From: Dehalococcoidia bacterium
GTDB taxonomy: Bacteria > Chloroflexota > Dehalococcoidia > DSTF01 > RBG-16-68-14
Direction of reading: 5' to 3'
DNA length: 64,000 bases
Assembly (NCBI GenBank): GCA_040882355.1
Contig: JBBEBM010000062.1
Span: forward strand, 982 to 64,981
The notes under the pieces were generated by a model that did not search any database, had not been told where the DNA came from, and was given only the letters and a program-made list of their open reading frames with translations. The position numbers and the translations under genes are program-made. How positions within the stretch are numbered: position 1 is the stretch's first letter; each line of letters opens with the position of its first letter. Positions 1 to 9,381 of this stretch are shown piece by piece.

Positions 1-213
1 TCGGCGCTGCTGTTCCTAGGGATCCAGATGCTCATCGCGGGGCTGCTCGCTTCGGCCGTGGGCTGGAACCGCCGCCTCATCGAGGACGTGCTCTACCGGT
101 TGAAGGTGGAGGAGAGCCGTGGCCACGCGACGAACGGGGCGCTGGCGGCGAACGGCACGGCGGTGACAAATGGCAAGGACGCTACGAAGAGGAGGACTCT
201 GCATGCTGCTTAG
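1..213 (+). CDS. C-terminal fragment of a membrane-anchored GT2-type glycosyltransferase (5' end lies outside the window)
   Basis: Open frame from base 1 to TAG at 211-213. Hydrophobic C-terminal segment (LLFLGIQMLIAGLLASAVGW) followed by a basic tail, typical of DPM1/GtrB-like GT2 C-termini. Family assignment is by resemblance only. Confidence 0.4.
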   Translation, partial: SALLFLGIQMLIAGLLASAVGWNRRLIEDVLYRLKVEESRGHATNGALAANGTAVTNGKDATKRRTLHAA

Positions 214-1084
214 CAAAAACGGCAAGAGCGTCGTCGGTGTCGTCGGCCTGGGTGTTGTCGGCGATGCGGTCCATCACTACTTCGAACGGTCAGGTTACTC
301 GATGCGCGTCTACGACCCGTACAAGGGCCTGGGCTCCGAAGATGCGATCAACGAGTCGGACCTCGTCTTCGTTTGCGTGCCGACGCCGTACGAGCCCGGG
401 ACCGGCCTGGATGACAGGGCGCTCGAAGACGCTGTCAGCAGGCTCAGCGGCTCGAAGGTCGTCGTCGTCAAGTCAACGGTGCTGCCAGGGACCACGGAGG
501 GCTACCAGACGCGCTACTCGCAGCACTGCTTCCTGTTCAACCCGGAGTTCTTGCGCGAAGACTTCGCCCGCATCGACTTCCTCCGCCCGGACCGGCAGCT
601 CGTCGGCTTCACGGCCCAGAGCCGACACCTCGCCGAGCCGCTGCTCTCGATGCTGCCCGCCGCGCCCTACACGAGCGCGATGGTGGCTCGCGAGGCGGAG
701 CTGGTGAAGTACATGACCAACGCGTTCCTGGCGACCAAGGTGGTCTTCGCCAATGAGCTGTTCGACCTGGCGACGGCGCTCGAGGTCGACTACAACACCG
801 TCCGCGACGCCGTCAGCGCTGACCCGCGCATCGGCTCATCTCACTTCGACGTGCTGGGCGGCGGCTATCGCGGGTACGGCGGCAAGTGCCTGCCCAAGGA
901 CGTGCGCGCGCTGCTGGCGCTCGCCGACCGGCTGGGCGTGCCGCTGCGCCTACTGCTCACCGCCGACCGCGTGAACGCCTCGCTGTTGCCGCCGACGGAA
1001 CGGCCGCCGGCCATGCTCCACCCGCTGCCGCGCATCGGCCCGGTCGAGGACGGCCCGCTCACGGCGGACGAGCGAGCGGCCTGA
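203..1084 (+). CDS. UDP-glucose/GDP-mannose dehydrogenase family protein, unusually short (about 294 aa)
   Basis: N-terminal Rossmann motif VGVVGLGVVG and catalytic-Cys motif GGKCLPKD (compare GGSCFPKD in UDP-glucose 6-dehydrogenases). ATG at 203 preceded by GGAGG at 191-195. Only about 65 aa follow the catalytic Cys, so the usual UDP-binding C-terminal domain appears absent. Confidence 0.7.
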   Translation: MLLSKNGKSVVGVVGLGVVGDAVHHYFERSGYSMRVYDPYKGLGSEDAINESDLVFVCVPTPYEPGTGLDDRALEDAVSRLSGSKVVVVKSTVLPGTTEGYQTRYSQHCFLFNPEFLREDFARIDFLRPDRQLVGFTAQSRHLAEPLLSMLPAAPYTSAMVAREAELVKYMTNAFLATKVVFANELFDLATALEVDYNTVRDAVSADPRIGSSHFDVLGGGYRGYGGKCLPKDVRALLALADRLGVPLRLLLTADRVNASLLPPTERPPAMLHPLPRIGPVEDGPLTADERAA

Positions 1085-1101
1085 CCGCTCGATCGACGCA
1101 G

Positions 1102-2310
1102 ATGAAGACGTCAACCGCGCACGAGCGGCCACGACTCCTGACGCTGACCAGCACGTTCCCGCGCTGGGAGGGAGACACGTGTCCCATGTTCGTTGCCGAC
1201 CTGTGCCAGGGTCTCGCGGAACGTTTCGACGTGACCGTGCTCGCGCCCGGGTCGAAAGGCGCGGCGCGACAGGAGCAATGGGGCGCCGTGACGGTCAGGC
1301 GCTACCGCTACGGCTGGCCCGACGGATCGCAGCGCCTGGCTGACGGCGCGATCCTGCCGAACCTGAAGCGGAACCGCCTCCTGGTCGGGCAGGTGCCCGT
1401 GTTCGTGCTGGCGCAGCTCTTCTCTGTCTGGCGCCTGGTGCGGAGCGGCGGCTTCGACGCGATCCACGCCCACTGGGTGCTTCCTCAGGGCTGGGTCGCG
1501 GCGCTGGTGGGACCGCGGGGGCGCCTACCGGTGCTCACGACGGCCCACGGCGGAGACTTCCACGCACTGCGGTCGACCGCGCCGCTGGCACTGAAACGCT
1601 GGGCGCTCCAGCGCAGCGACCGCGTTACGGCCGTCAGTTCGTGGCTGAAGCGAGAGGTGACCGCGCTAGGCGTTGAGGAGGAGCGCGTGCGCGTCTTGCC
1701 GATGGGCATCGACACCACGCGCTTCACGCCGGAGGCTGCGACGCAGGCTGGAGGCGGCCATGCTGGCCCGAAGCTGCTCTTCGTGGGGAGGCTGGTAGAG
1801 AAAAAGGGAGCGGGTTACGCGATCGAGGCCATGCAGGTGATCGCGTGCGAAGAGCCGGAAGCTCAACTGCTTATCGTCGGCGACGGACCGGAGCGCGCGG
1901 CGCTGGAGCGCTTGAGCGCTCGCCTCGGCATCCAGGACCGCGTCTCGTTTGCCGGCGCCGTCCCCAACGACAAGCTGCCCGCGCTGTACGCGTCCGCGGA
2001 CCTCTTCGTCGGGCCGACCGCCGAGGAGGGATTAGGTGTCGTGTTTGCCGAGGCGATGGCGAGCGGCTGTCCGGTCATCGCGACCGACGTGGGAGGAGTG
2101 GCAGACCTTGTGATCGACGGCGAGACAGGCGTGCTGGTACCGGAGCGTGACGCAACAGCGATCGCGGGCGCAGCCATCGGGCTCCTCCGTGACCAGGGCC
2201 GCCGCCGGCAGCTAGGACGGAACGGCGTCGCCTGGGTGCGCGAGCGCTTCGACGCGCGGCAGACGGCGACGGGCTACGCCGACTTGATTGAGGAGGTGCT
2301 CGCGGCGTGA
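1102..2310 (+). CDS. Glycosyltransferase family 4 (GT-B, RfaG-like)
   Basis: GT4 C-terminal core present: GRLVEKKG, FVGPTAEEGLGVVFAEAMASGCPVIATDVGG, E-x7-E region. ATG at 1102. The longer listed ORF start at 886 is a high-GC frame artefact overlapping the upstream gene. Confidence 0.85.
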   Translation: MKTSTAHERPRLLTLTSTFPRWEGDTCPMFVADLCQGLAERFDVTVLAPGSKGAARQEQWGAVTVRRYRYGWPDGSQRLADGAILPNLKRNRLLVGQVPVFVLAQLFSVWRLVRSGGFDAIHAHWVLPQGWVAALVGPRGRLPVLTTAHGGDFHALRSTAPLALKRWALQRSDRVTAVSSWLKREVTALGVEEERVRVLPMGIDTTRFTPEAATQAGGGHAGPKLLFVGRLVEKKGAGYAIEAMQVIACEEPEAQLLIVGDGPERAALERLSARLGIQDRVSFAGAVPNDKLPALYASADLFVGPTAEEGLGVVFAEAMASGCPVIATDVGGVADLVIDGETGVLVPERDATAIAGAAIGLLRDQGRRRQLGRNGVAWVRERFDARQTATGYADLIEEVLAA

Positions 2311-3167
2311 CGCACGAGCTTGCGACTCGACCCGCCGACAAGCTGGGGCCGGATGACCTCCAGGCCTACTGGGGACGCGTGAGCGCCGACTACCTGGCCC
2401 GCGACCCGGAAGGTCTGGCCGTCATCTGTTACGCGGGGTTGCCCCGGTGGTTCAACGCCTTCCTCGACCGCTATCAGCGGCGCGCGTTCGACAGGTTGAC
2501 AGCAAGGCTCCGCTTTGCGGGCGCCGATGTGCTGGATCTCGGCACCGGCGTTGGCCGCTGGGCGACCGTCCTTGCGCAACGAGGCGCGGCGCGCGTCGTC
2601 GGCGTCGACCTGGAGGGCGAGCGGCTGGCGCTCGCCCGGGCGCGGTCGAGCTGGGCGGTCGACTACCTGCGCATGGGCGTGGACGGGCTAGCCTTCCCGT
2701 CGCAGAGCTTCGATGTGGTGAACTCGGTCACGGTGTTGCAGCACGTCGACCGAAACGTGAAGTCGCTGGCGATAGCGGAGGCGGCGCGTGTGCTGCGACC
2801 GGGAGGGCATCTCATTCTGTTCGAACGGGCCGACCTCGCTGACCACGCGCCGCACGTCTTCCCTGAGAGTCGCGCCGCCTGGCTCGATCTGTGTGGGCGT
2901 CACGGCCTGCGACTGGTGCGGGAAGAGGGCGATCAGTACACGCCGCTGCTACGCCTCGCGAAGAGGGTGATGCGTGGCAGCTCGGGCCGGACGCGAATCG
3001 ACGAACTCAAGCGCCGCGAAAGCGGACCGGCAATGCTCGCGCTGCGGGCGCTCGTGTTGCTCAGCTATCCGCTGGAGGAGCTGTGCCAACGGCTGCTGCC
3101 GGCGCGCGCCGCAATGATCAGCGGCTACCTACTTGAGAAGCCGGGCCCGGCAACAGGAGCTGCTTGA
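2307..3167 (+). CDS. Class I SAM-dependent methyltransferase
   Basis: Motif I VLDLGTGVGRW, acidic motif II VGVDLE, motif III VLRPGGHLILFE. GTG start overlaps the upstream TGA (GTGA). Confidence 0.75.
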   Translation: MTHELATRPADKLGPDDLQAYWGRVSADYLARDPEGLAVICYAGLPRWFNAFLDRYQRRAFDRLTARLRFAGADVLDLGTGVGRWATVLAQRGAARVVGVDLEGERLALARARSSWAVDYLRMGVDGLAFPSQSFDVVNSVTVLQHVDRNVKSLAIAEAARVLRPGGHLILFERADLADHAPHVFPESRAAWLDLCGRHGLRLVREEGDQYTPLLRLAKRVMRGSSGRTRIDELKRRESGPAMLALRALVLLSYPLEELCQRLLPARAAMISGYLLEKPGPATGAA

Positions 3168-4996
3168 TCGTGGGCTACGATGATGTCGCTGGGGAACGCC
3201 GCACGTTCACGGTCGTGCCGAGGATCCGCGGGATACCGGAGCCCAGCCAAGTCAATGCGGTGACCGTCAGCGATCCGTATCGGACAAGGCTGGCCGGTCC
3301 TCCTGCCGCCGCGCGTTACGGGTCCGGTTGGGAACAGCTGGCGTTGTGGCTGACGACCAGCCGCTACGGCTGGGCGGTCCTGGCGGGCGCGGTCTGGTTC
3401 GTCCTGATGTTTGTCGGCATGCTCTGGCTCTGGCGAGACCCTGCGCCGGAGGTGTTCAGCAGCCCGGACGAGGCGATGAACAGGCTCGCGGCGGAGCAGA
3501 TCGTGAAGACGGGCGTCCCCAGTGTGGAGCTTCCGTTTGACGACCCGGAGGACGTGGCCCATCTACGTTTGCTCGTGAGCACGGGCGACGACGCGATACC
3601 CGTCCTCCCGCCGATGACACCGTACCTCTATGCGGGGCTGCTCGCGTTGCCGCTGGTCGGCGGGTACCTGATCATGCTGCTGGCCGCGGGCGGGGCCGGG
3701 GCGTTCGCCGCGTCGGTCGCGCTGCTCGGCGCGCGACGGCAGTGGGTCAGCCTGCTCGCCCCGGTCGCCGCATTTCCCGCCCTCTACTGGCTCCTGCGGC
3801 CGTGGATCAACATGTCGTTATTCCTCACGTTGGTGAGCGGCGCGTTCCTCTGCCTCGTGCTCTGGAAGCACGAACGGCGGCTGCCGTTCCTCCTTGCGAT
3901 GGGAGCGCTGCTGGCGGTCGCCGCGGCGGTCCGCCCGGACTATACGGCAGTGACCTTCCTGCTGGCGCTGTTCTTCGTCCTGCTGGAAGCGCGACCGAAC
4001 GAGGCGCCAAAAGCGGTGGCGGTGCTGATCGGCTCCGGCGTGCTCGCGGTCCTGCTCATGTTCGCGCTGAACGCAGCCGTGAGCGGCGACCCGCTGACCT
4101 TCGGCTACGAGATCAGTGACCAGCTCGGCCTCCGTCCCGGGACGACGCCAGGCAGGCAGGAGCTGCCGACGCCGCTGGCTGAGATCTATTACCTGTTCCT
4201 CCCGAATGGGGTGCCGGAGTTGGGGCAGGTTGGCACGCAGCTTTGGAAGTACTGGTTCCAGATGGGCCCGATCGCCCTGCTGACCCTGTCGCTCCCAATT
4301 GCCTTGGTGCTGCTCGCCCCTCAAGAGGCCGGCCGGCGGCTGCTCTATGGCGGCGCGATAGCATTCGCGTTCCTTTTTGTCGTTAGCAGGGTCGACGCGG
4401 GGTTCTTCGGCGCGCCGTTTGCCGAGGCGCAATTCCACCACAGCCTGCCGCGCTACTGGTCCCCGGTCTATCTCCTGGCCGTGGTGCCCCTGTGCGTGCT
4501 CGCGATGTCAGCACGCTCGCAGGCGGTGTGGCTGGGAGCGCTTCTTGTGCTGGCGGTCCTAGCCGTGAGCGGCGCGCACCTCGTCTATCTTAGCGGCGGG
4601 CCAGAGTCGATGACCGGTCTTCGCGCGCGCCTCCAGTCCTCGGAGTCCTACGTGGACCGACTTGATACCTTCTTGCCCGACGATGCCATGGTCTATTCGG
4701 CCTTCCTGGACAAGGCGCTCTGGTCGCGGTGGCACGTTGGCTACATACCGCGCAACCAGCAGGGGGTCACGACGCTGCCGGAGTTGGAGCGCGTCAGGTT
4801 GTCACTGGAGAAGGCGGCCGGGGCGCCGCGGCCGGCGTTCTTGATCAGAAAAGGCCAGCTCTCAGACGAAGATTTCCTTGCCTTGCAGGCGAGCCTGGCT
4901 GAGCGCAACCTGACGTTCCGGCCGACCGGGCCTGAGGACTTGCAGGTGTATGTGCTAGGGGCGCTCAGCCCCGCGCCAGACCCGGTCGCACCGTGA
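3164..4996 (+). CDS. Polytopic membrane protein, putative GT-C-fold glycosyltransferase, with a C-terminal soluble domain
   Basis: At least 10 predicted TM helices then an approximately 150-aa hydrophilic C-terminal domain. TTG start overlaps the upstream stop (TTGA). Operon context is with glycosyltransferases. Family assignment is inferred. Confidence 0.6.
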   Translation: MIVGYDDVAGERRTFTVVPRIRGIPEPSQVNAVTVSDPYRTRLAGPPAAARYGSGWEQLALWLTTSRYGWAVLAGAVWFVLMFVGMLWLWRDPAPEVFSSPDEAMNRLAAEQIVKTGVPSVELPFDDPEDVAHLRLLVSTGDDAIPVLPPMTPYLYAGLLALPLVGGYLIMLLAAGGAGAFAASVALLGARRQWVSLLAPVAAFPALYWLLRPWINMSLFLTLVSGAFLCLVLWKHERRLPFLLAMGALLAVAAAVRPDYTAVTFLLALFFVLLEARPNEAPKAVAVLIGSGVLAVLLMFALNAAVSGDPLTFGYEISDQLGLRPGTTPGRQELPTPLAEIYYLFLPNGVPELGQVGTQLWKYWFQMGPIALLTLSLPIALVLLAPQEAGRRLLYGGAIAFAFLFVVSRVDAGFFGAPFAEAQFHHSLPRYWSPVYLLAVVPLCVLAMSARSQAVWLGALLVLAVLAVSGAHLVYLSGGPESMTGLRARLQSSESYVDRLDTFLPDDAMVYSAFLDKALWSRWHVGYIPRNQQGVTTLPELERVRLSLEKAAGAPRPAFLIRKGQLSDEDFLALQASLAERNLTFRPTGPEDLQVYVLGALSPAPDPVAP

Positions 4997-5952
4997 CCCG
5001 CCAGCTTACCCGGGCGGTGCTGCTCGCGGGCCTCGCGCTGGCAGGGGCGTTCATCGCGCTGCGGCTGTTCGCGCTCGGTGGCGCGATAACCGAGGTACCC
5101 GACGTTCAGCAGCCGTCGCTGCTGGCCGCTGCCGGCGCCTTCTACGCGGCGGCGCTCATGGCATATGCGCTGCTCTGGCGGACGCTGGTCTGTCGTCTTG
5201 ATCGCTTCTACCCGCGGCGTATCGATTCTCTGGCGGTGTTCTTCGCCTCTTGGCTGGGCCGCTATGTGCCAACGAGCCTGCCGTACCTGGCGGGCAAGGT
5301 TGTCATGGGGATGCGGCTGGGGCACAGCAAGTCCGCGCTCGCCGCTTCGGTGCTCTACGAGAACCTGCTGATGATCGCGGTCTCGGCGCTGTGGTCGTGC
5401 GTCGCGCTGCCGCTCGCGCTGTCGGACTCGCAGCGGCCGGCGACCCTGATCGCGATCGGTCTCGGCGGCGCCGCGACGCTGGCGCTGCTGTCGCCGCCGG
5501 TGCTGGGCCGACTGATCGCGCTCGGTGCCCTTGTGGCGCGCAGGCCCGCGCCCGACGGGTTGGTGTTGCCACCGGGCGGTCTCGCGACTGCCGTAACGTT
5601 CGCGGCGCTGGCCGTCCTCGGCAGCGGGATGAGCTTTGCGCTGGTGCTCGGATCGTTTGTGTCGCTGGGCGGCAGGGAGGTGATCGCGAGCGCGGCCGTC
5701 TACAGCTTGGCGGGTGTGGCAGGCACGCTCGCTCTGCCCGTGCCGAGCGGCCTGGGTGTGCGGGAAGCGGTGATTGTGGGTCTGGTGCAGCTCTACGCCC
5801 CGCTGGAGGTGGCTGCCGCGGCGGCTGTTCTCTCCAGACTGATCTCTCTTGGTGTTGACGTGCTTTCGGGAGTCGCAGGCGCGGCTTGGTATACGTACCG
5901 GCACTCGACGCGCGCTGCCGGTCTGCCACACGAACGGGCGAGGGCGGCCTAG
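4993..5952 (+). CDS. Flippase-like / lysylphosphatidylglycerol-synthase TM-region family membrane protein (putative lipid-linked sugar flippase)
   Basis: Approximately 320 aa with about 8 TM helices and a conserved loop RLDRFYPRRIDSLAVFFASWLGRYVP. GTG start overlaps the upstream TGA. This family is commonly paired with GT2 or GT-C enzymes. The family call is by resemblance. Confidence 0.5.
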   Translation: MTRQLTRAVLLAGLALAGAFIALRLFALGGAITEVPDVQQPSLLAAAGAFYAAALMAYALLWRTLVCRLDRFYPRRIDSLAVFFASWLGRYVPTSLPYLAGKVVMGMRLGHSKSALAASVLYENLLMIAVSALWSCVALPLALSDSQRPATLIAIGLGGAATLALLSPPVLGRLIALGALVARRPAPDGLVLPPGGLATAVTFAALAVLGSGMSFALVLGSFVSLGGREVIASAAVYSLAGVAGTLALPVPSGLGVREAVIVGLVQLYAPLEVAAAAAVLSRLISLGVDVLSGVAGAAWYTYRHSTRAAGLPHERARAA

Positions 5953-5958
5953 CCCGGC

Positions 5959-7926
5959 CTACGGCCTGACGTTGATCCCGTCCGGGTCGATGGCGTCGAT
6001 CACGTCTTCGCGGGATGCCCCGTCCCAGCCGTCCATGAGGCCGTTCAGGGTCGCGGGGCTGACGGCCGCGCGATACGGGCGCTGTTGCAGCAGCGCGCGG
6101 TCGACGCGAAAGACGTAGACGGCGCTGGCGTCCGAACGGACGTCCTCGTGCACGAGCGTGAACGCGCGGTTCTCGCGGAAGTAGTCGAGGTACGTGAGCG
6201 AGCTGTAGGCGGCGTCCTGGCCCGAGAGCACCAGGTAGTCGATCGCGCGTTCGCGCAGGTCGCGCAGCAGGTCGTGTTCCGACAGGGCGACGTAGTAGCC
6301 CTTGAGCGGGTAGCGCCGCACGTAGAGCCAGCGCTCGTCCGGCTGCGACGGGCCCAGGCGGTGGTCCTCCCAGCGGAACATCGTCGAGGCGCGCTCCAGG
6401 AAGGGCGTTTCGCCTGCCCGCGGCTCGACGCGCACGGTCGGGAGCTGGTAGACCGGGTGCCTGGCCTCGTCGAGCACGTAGAGCTGTGAGTAGTAGAGCC
6501 GGCTCGACATAATGGGCAAGCCCGCCGGTACCTCCTCGTCGATCCAGCGGGCTGTGTCGCGGACGAGCGGGTTATCCCAGTTGGCCTGCGTGACGGCAGC
6601 CTCGTTGTAGGGGAGCCAGTCATCGACCAGCTCCTGGGTCTGCAGGACACCCAAGAGCGTCAGTCCTGCGACGAGGGCGCCGGCGGCGGCAAACCGGCCC
6701 GCGCGTTCCGCGATCCATCGATAGCAGAGCGCGCCGAGACCGCCCGCCGCGACATACGCGATGTAGAGCATCGGCAAAAGGTCGCGGTAGGCGAGAGACC
6801 GCTCGGCGACGAGCACGGCGAACGGCAGGAACAGTGCGAAGGCGATGAAGAGCAGACGCGGCGGGCCTCCGGCTCGCGCCCTCACGCAGAGCCAGGCGAG
6901 AGCGAGTGCCAGGAACGGCCACGGCTGGCTGTTGGGCGCGGCGATCTCCCACAGGTACTGCGGCACGGCGCGCCAGTACGCGTCTTGCGTCGGCCAGCTT
7001 GTCAGCTTGATCACGAGGAAGGTTGCGCCTGCCCAGCCGGCCACGACGGCCAGACCGGCGTGGCGCGCCAGCTCCGGCAGCCGGCGCGGCGCGAACCTGG
7101 TCAGGAAGAGCCACGAAAGGGCGATGCCGAGCGCCCCGGCGATCGCGACCTCCGTGAGCGCGATCAGCCGCGCGTCAGGCTCGCCCCAGAAGTAGATGCG
7201 GCCGGTCGCCAGGTAGACCCAGAGCCACCAGAGACCGAGGACAGCGCCGGCGGTTGCCGTGTACGCACCGAGCCCGCGCGCGATCGCGCCGTTTCGGTGC
7301 TCCGCCGAGAGTAGCGCAAAGGCGATGGGCAGCGGTAGCCACTGGATCGCGGCCTCCTTCGTCAGAAACGCCGCGCCGAAGAGCGCGCCCGCGGCCACGA
7401 ACCAGGCGGTCGATTCGCTCTGAAAGGCGCGCCAGGAGGCAGCCAGGAAGAGCAGCAGGAGGAGTGTTTCCGCGCCATCGAGGTATAGCGTGGTGCCCAG
7501 CCAGCGCAGGAAGGCGTTGCTCGCCACCAATAGCGCCGCCAGCACTCCGGCGAGCGCGCCGAAGAGCTGCTGCGTGAGCAGGAACGTCGCCCCGATTAGG
7601 GCGACGACGACGAACTTCGAAATCCAGTAGGCGCTCTCGCTCTCGCCGGTGAGGCGTATCGGCAGCGAGAGCAGCGCCGAGAAGAGGGGCGCGCGGTGGT
7701 TGGCGATCTCGCCCGATGTGTACGTGGGGCCGTTGCCCTCAGCGACGTTGTAGCCCTCGGCGAGATAGAGCGACTCGTCCGAGGTGAGCGGCGCGGGCCC
7801 GCTCTGCAGCATCGGCACGGCGAGGACGAGCACTGCCAGCGCAACTACGAGCGCCGGCAGCGCGCGCTGGAGCCAGGCCTGGTCGAGCAGGGCGACGGTG
7901 CGCGGGGCGAGAACGTCCGAGACCAA
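5959..7926 (-). CDS. GT39/ArnT-like (PMT_2-type) membrane glycosyltransferase with C-terminal periplasmic domain
   Basis: 655 aa. N-terminal polytopic domain with the loop SDESLYLAEGYNVAEGNG, then an approximately 250-aa soluble C-terminal domain. Convergent with the upstream operon. Confidence 0.65.
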   Translation of the reverse strand: MVSDVLAPRTVALLDQAWLQRALPALVVALAVLVLAVPMLQSGPAPLTSDESLYLAEGYNVAEGNGPTYTSGEIANHRAPLFSALLSLPIRLTGESESAYWISKFVVVALIGATFLLTQQLFGALAGVLAALLVASNAFLRWLGTTLYLDGAETLLLLLFLAASWRAFQSESTAWFVAAGALFGAAFLTKEAAIQWLPLPIAFALLSAEHRNGAIARGLGAYTATAGAVLGLWWLWVYLATGRIYFWGEPDARLIALTEVAIAGALGIALSWLFLTRFAPRRLPELARHAGLAVVAGWAGATFLVIKLTSWPTQDAYWRAVPQYLWEIAAPNSQPWPFLALALAWLCVRARAGGPPRLLFIAFALFLPFAVLVAERSLAYRDLLPMLYIAYVAAGGLGALCYRWIAERAGRFAAAGALVAGLTLLGVLQTQELVDDWLPYNEAAVTQANWDNPLVRDTARWIDEEVPAGLPIMSSRLYYSQLYVLDEARHPVYQLPTVRVEPRAGETPFLERASTMFRWEDHRLGPSQPDERWLYVRRYPLKGYYVALSEHDLLRDLRERAIDYLVLSGQDAAYSSLTYLDYFRENRAFTLVHEDVRSDASAVYVFRVDRALLQQRPYRAAVSPATLNGLMDGWDGASREDVIDAIDPDGINVRP

Positions 7927-8261
7927 GTTCAGGCTCCCACGCGCGCGGGCCCGCGACCGTCCCGGCGATGGTCCTCGGGCGCGCTTCCTTCAGAGACGCG
8001 GGTGATGGAGCTAGGGTGCACCGATAGGAGCGCCTCCTGCACTCCGAGAGGGCGCTGACGCCCTCGAGTACGTACTCACACCAGGATCGGCGCTATCAGG
8101 GAGGAGCTTAGCCCTCGGGCGTAGGGGATTACCCGCACTTGTAGGGGACAGACCTCCATGTCTGTCGCGCCTTTCGATAGGGCCGTTCGCGAGCGGGCGA
8201 CGGTCGCGGAAGGCCCCATACGAGCGCCGGCGCCCTACCTCGCCAAGGCCAGCGCGGCAGG

Positions 8262-8300
8262 AGAGAGGCAGGCCCACCACGAGCCTGCCTCTCTCCAGAC
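8262..8300 (-). terminator. Perfect 14-bp stem hairpin (GGAGAGAGGCAGGC/GCCTGCCTCTCTCC, 10-nt loop) immediately downstream of the DUF4349-like gene stop
   Basis: Read directly from sequence. No U-tract, which is common in high-GC genomes. Confidence 0.45.
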
Positions 8301-8309
8301 GAGGCGTCG

Positions 8310-9272
8310 CTAGGCGATCGGTGGCGCCACCGGCGGCTGAGGGCGCCTGTTCCACCAGCGAGCGCCTATCGCCAGGGCGACGAACACGGGCACGAGCCAC
8401 CACGAGAAGACGGCCACCACGACGACCGCGGTCGTCACGCCGCGCAACGCGTCGAGCGAGGCGTCCCAGGCGGCTTGGGCGGCCCGCAGCGGGTGCGCGC
8501 CGCCGCCGCCCGAGCTGGCGCCGGCCTCGGGCAGGCGCAGGTGCACGGTGATCGTCGACATGTCGGTGAGGCCGTTGAGCAGGTTGACGCGGCCCTGCAC
8601 CTGCTCGATCTGGCCGCGCACGCCGTCGAGGCGGTCCTGCACCATCAAGATCTCTTCGATGCCGTTCGCCGCGGCGAGCAGGTCCAGATAGCGCTGCTCG
8701 GTCGCCCCCAGGGTGCGCAGTCGCGCCTGAAGGTCCGTGAACTCCTCGGTGACGTCGTTGCCCTCCGATGTCTCCGTGACAACGTCGCCCATCAGCCGGA
8801 TGCTGGCCAGCACGCCCTGGTAGCGGTCGTGGGGCACGCGGATCGTGACGTCGCCCGCCTGTTCGTCGTCGACGTTGGTCAGGGACGAGCTGACGATGTG
8901 GCCCGCCTCCGCGTCCGCGATGCGGAGAACCTCCTGAAAGTTGCGCGCCACGTCTTCCACCCCAACGTCCACCGACGTGCTCTGGATGATCTTGCGGTCG
9001 ATCACCTGCAGGCCGGGATCGGCCGCCGGCGCCTCACCCAACGGAGCGCCGCCGGATGCGACGACCGATGCTCCGCCTTCGGCCTGGGCGCGGTCTTCCG
9101 CCGGCTTTTCACTGTCGTCGACGCCAGGCGATGCGACGCCTACTGAGGGAGCGCTGTCGCTCGTCGATTCGTTGTCGTCCGTGCAGCCGGCCAGCGCGAG
9201 CGCGAAGGACGTCAGGAGCGCGACGGCCCCAATGATTCCCAAGGGGAGCGTTCGTCTTCGGGTTCGTTGCAT
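8310..9272 (-). CDS. DUF4349-like lipoprotein with coiled-coil region and C-terminal TM anchor
   Basis: Signal peptide plus lipobox (LALAGC), a Ser/Asp/Gly-rich linker, a heptad-rich middle section, and a C-terminal TM (VVVVAVFSWWLVPVFVALAIG) followed by R/P. Confidence 0.55.
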   Translation of the reverse strand: MQRTRRRTLPLGIIGAVALLTSFALALAGCTDDNESTSDSAPSVGVASPGVDDSEKPAEDRAQAEGGASVVASGGAPLGEAPAADPGLQVIDRKIIQSTSVDVGVEDVARNFQEVLRIADAEAGHIVSSSLTNVDDEQAGDVTIRVPHDRYQGVLASIRLMGDVVTETSEGNDVTEEFTDLQARLRTLGATEQRYLDLLAAANGIEEILMVQDRLDGVRGQIEQVQGRVNLLNGLTDMSTITVHLRLPEAGASSGGGGAHPLRAAQAAWDASLDALRGVTTAVVVVAVFSWWLVPVFVALAIGARWWNRRPQPPVAPPIA

Positions 9273-9381
9273 CCGTCCACCTCCATCGAGCGTGGTGACC
9301 CTCTTGCTGCTCTAGACGCTCAACGCAAGCGGTTTGTTCCGCCCCAGGTTGCTAGAATGGCGCGGGGCGAGAGTCCCGCCT

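Noticed and set aside
4741-5931. 396-aa and 208-aa minus-strand ORFs antisense to the flippase-like gene; also the antisense ORFs 9604-10797, 21278-22792 and 18088-19236
   Set aside because: They are antisense to strongly supported genes (sigma/anti-sigma, recG, DAK2). Their R/G/A/P-rich composition is typical of spurious high-GC ORFs.
9353-9358. TAGAAT hexamer upstream of the ECF sigma gene as an annotated promoter
   Set aside because: No convincing -35 element or ECF-type GGAAC/CGTC motifs were found. It is mentioned only as a weak candidate.
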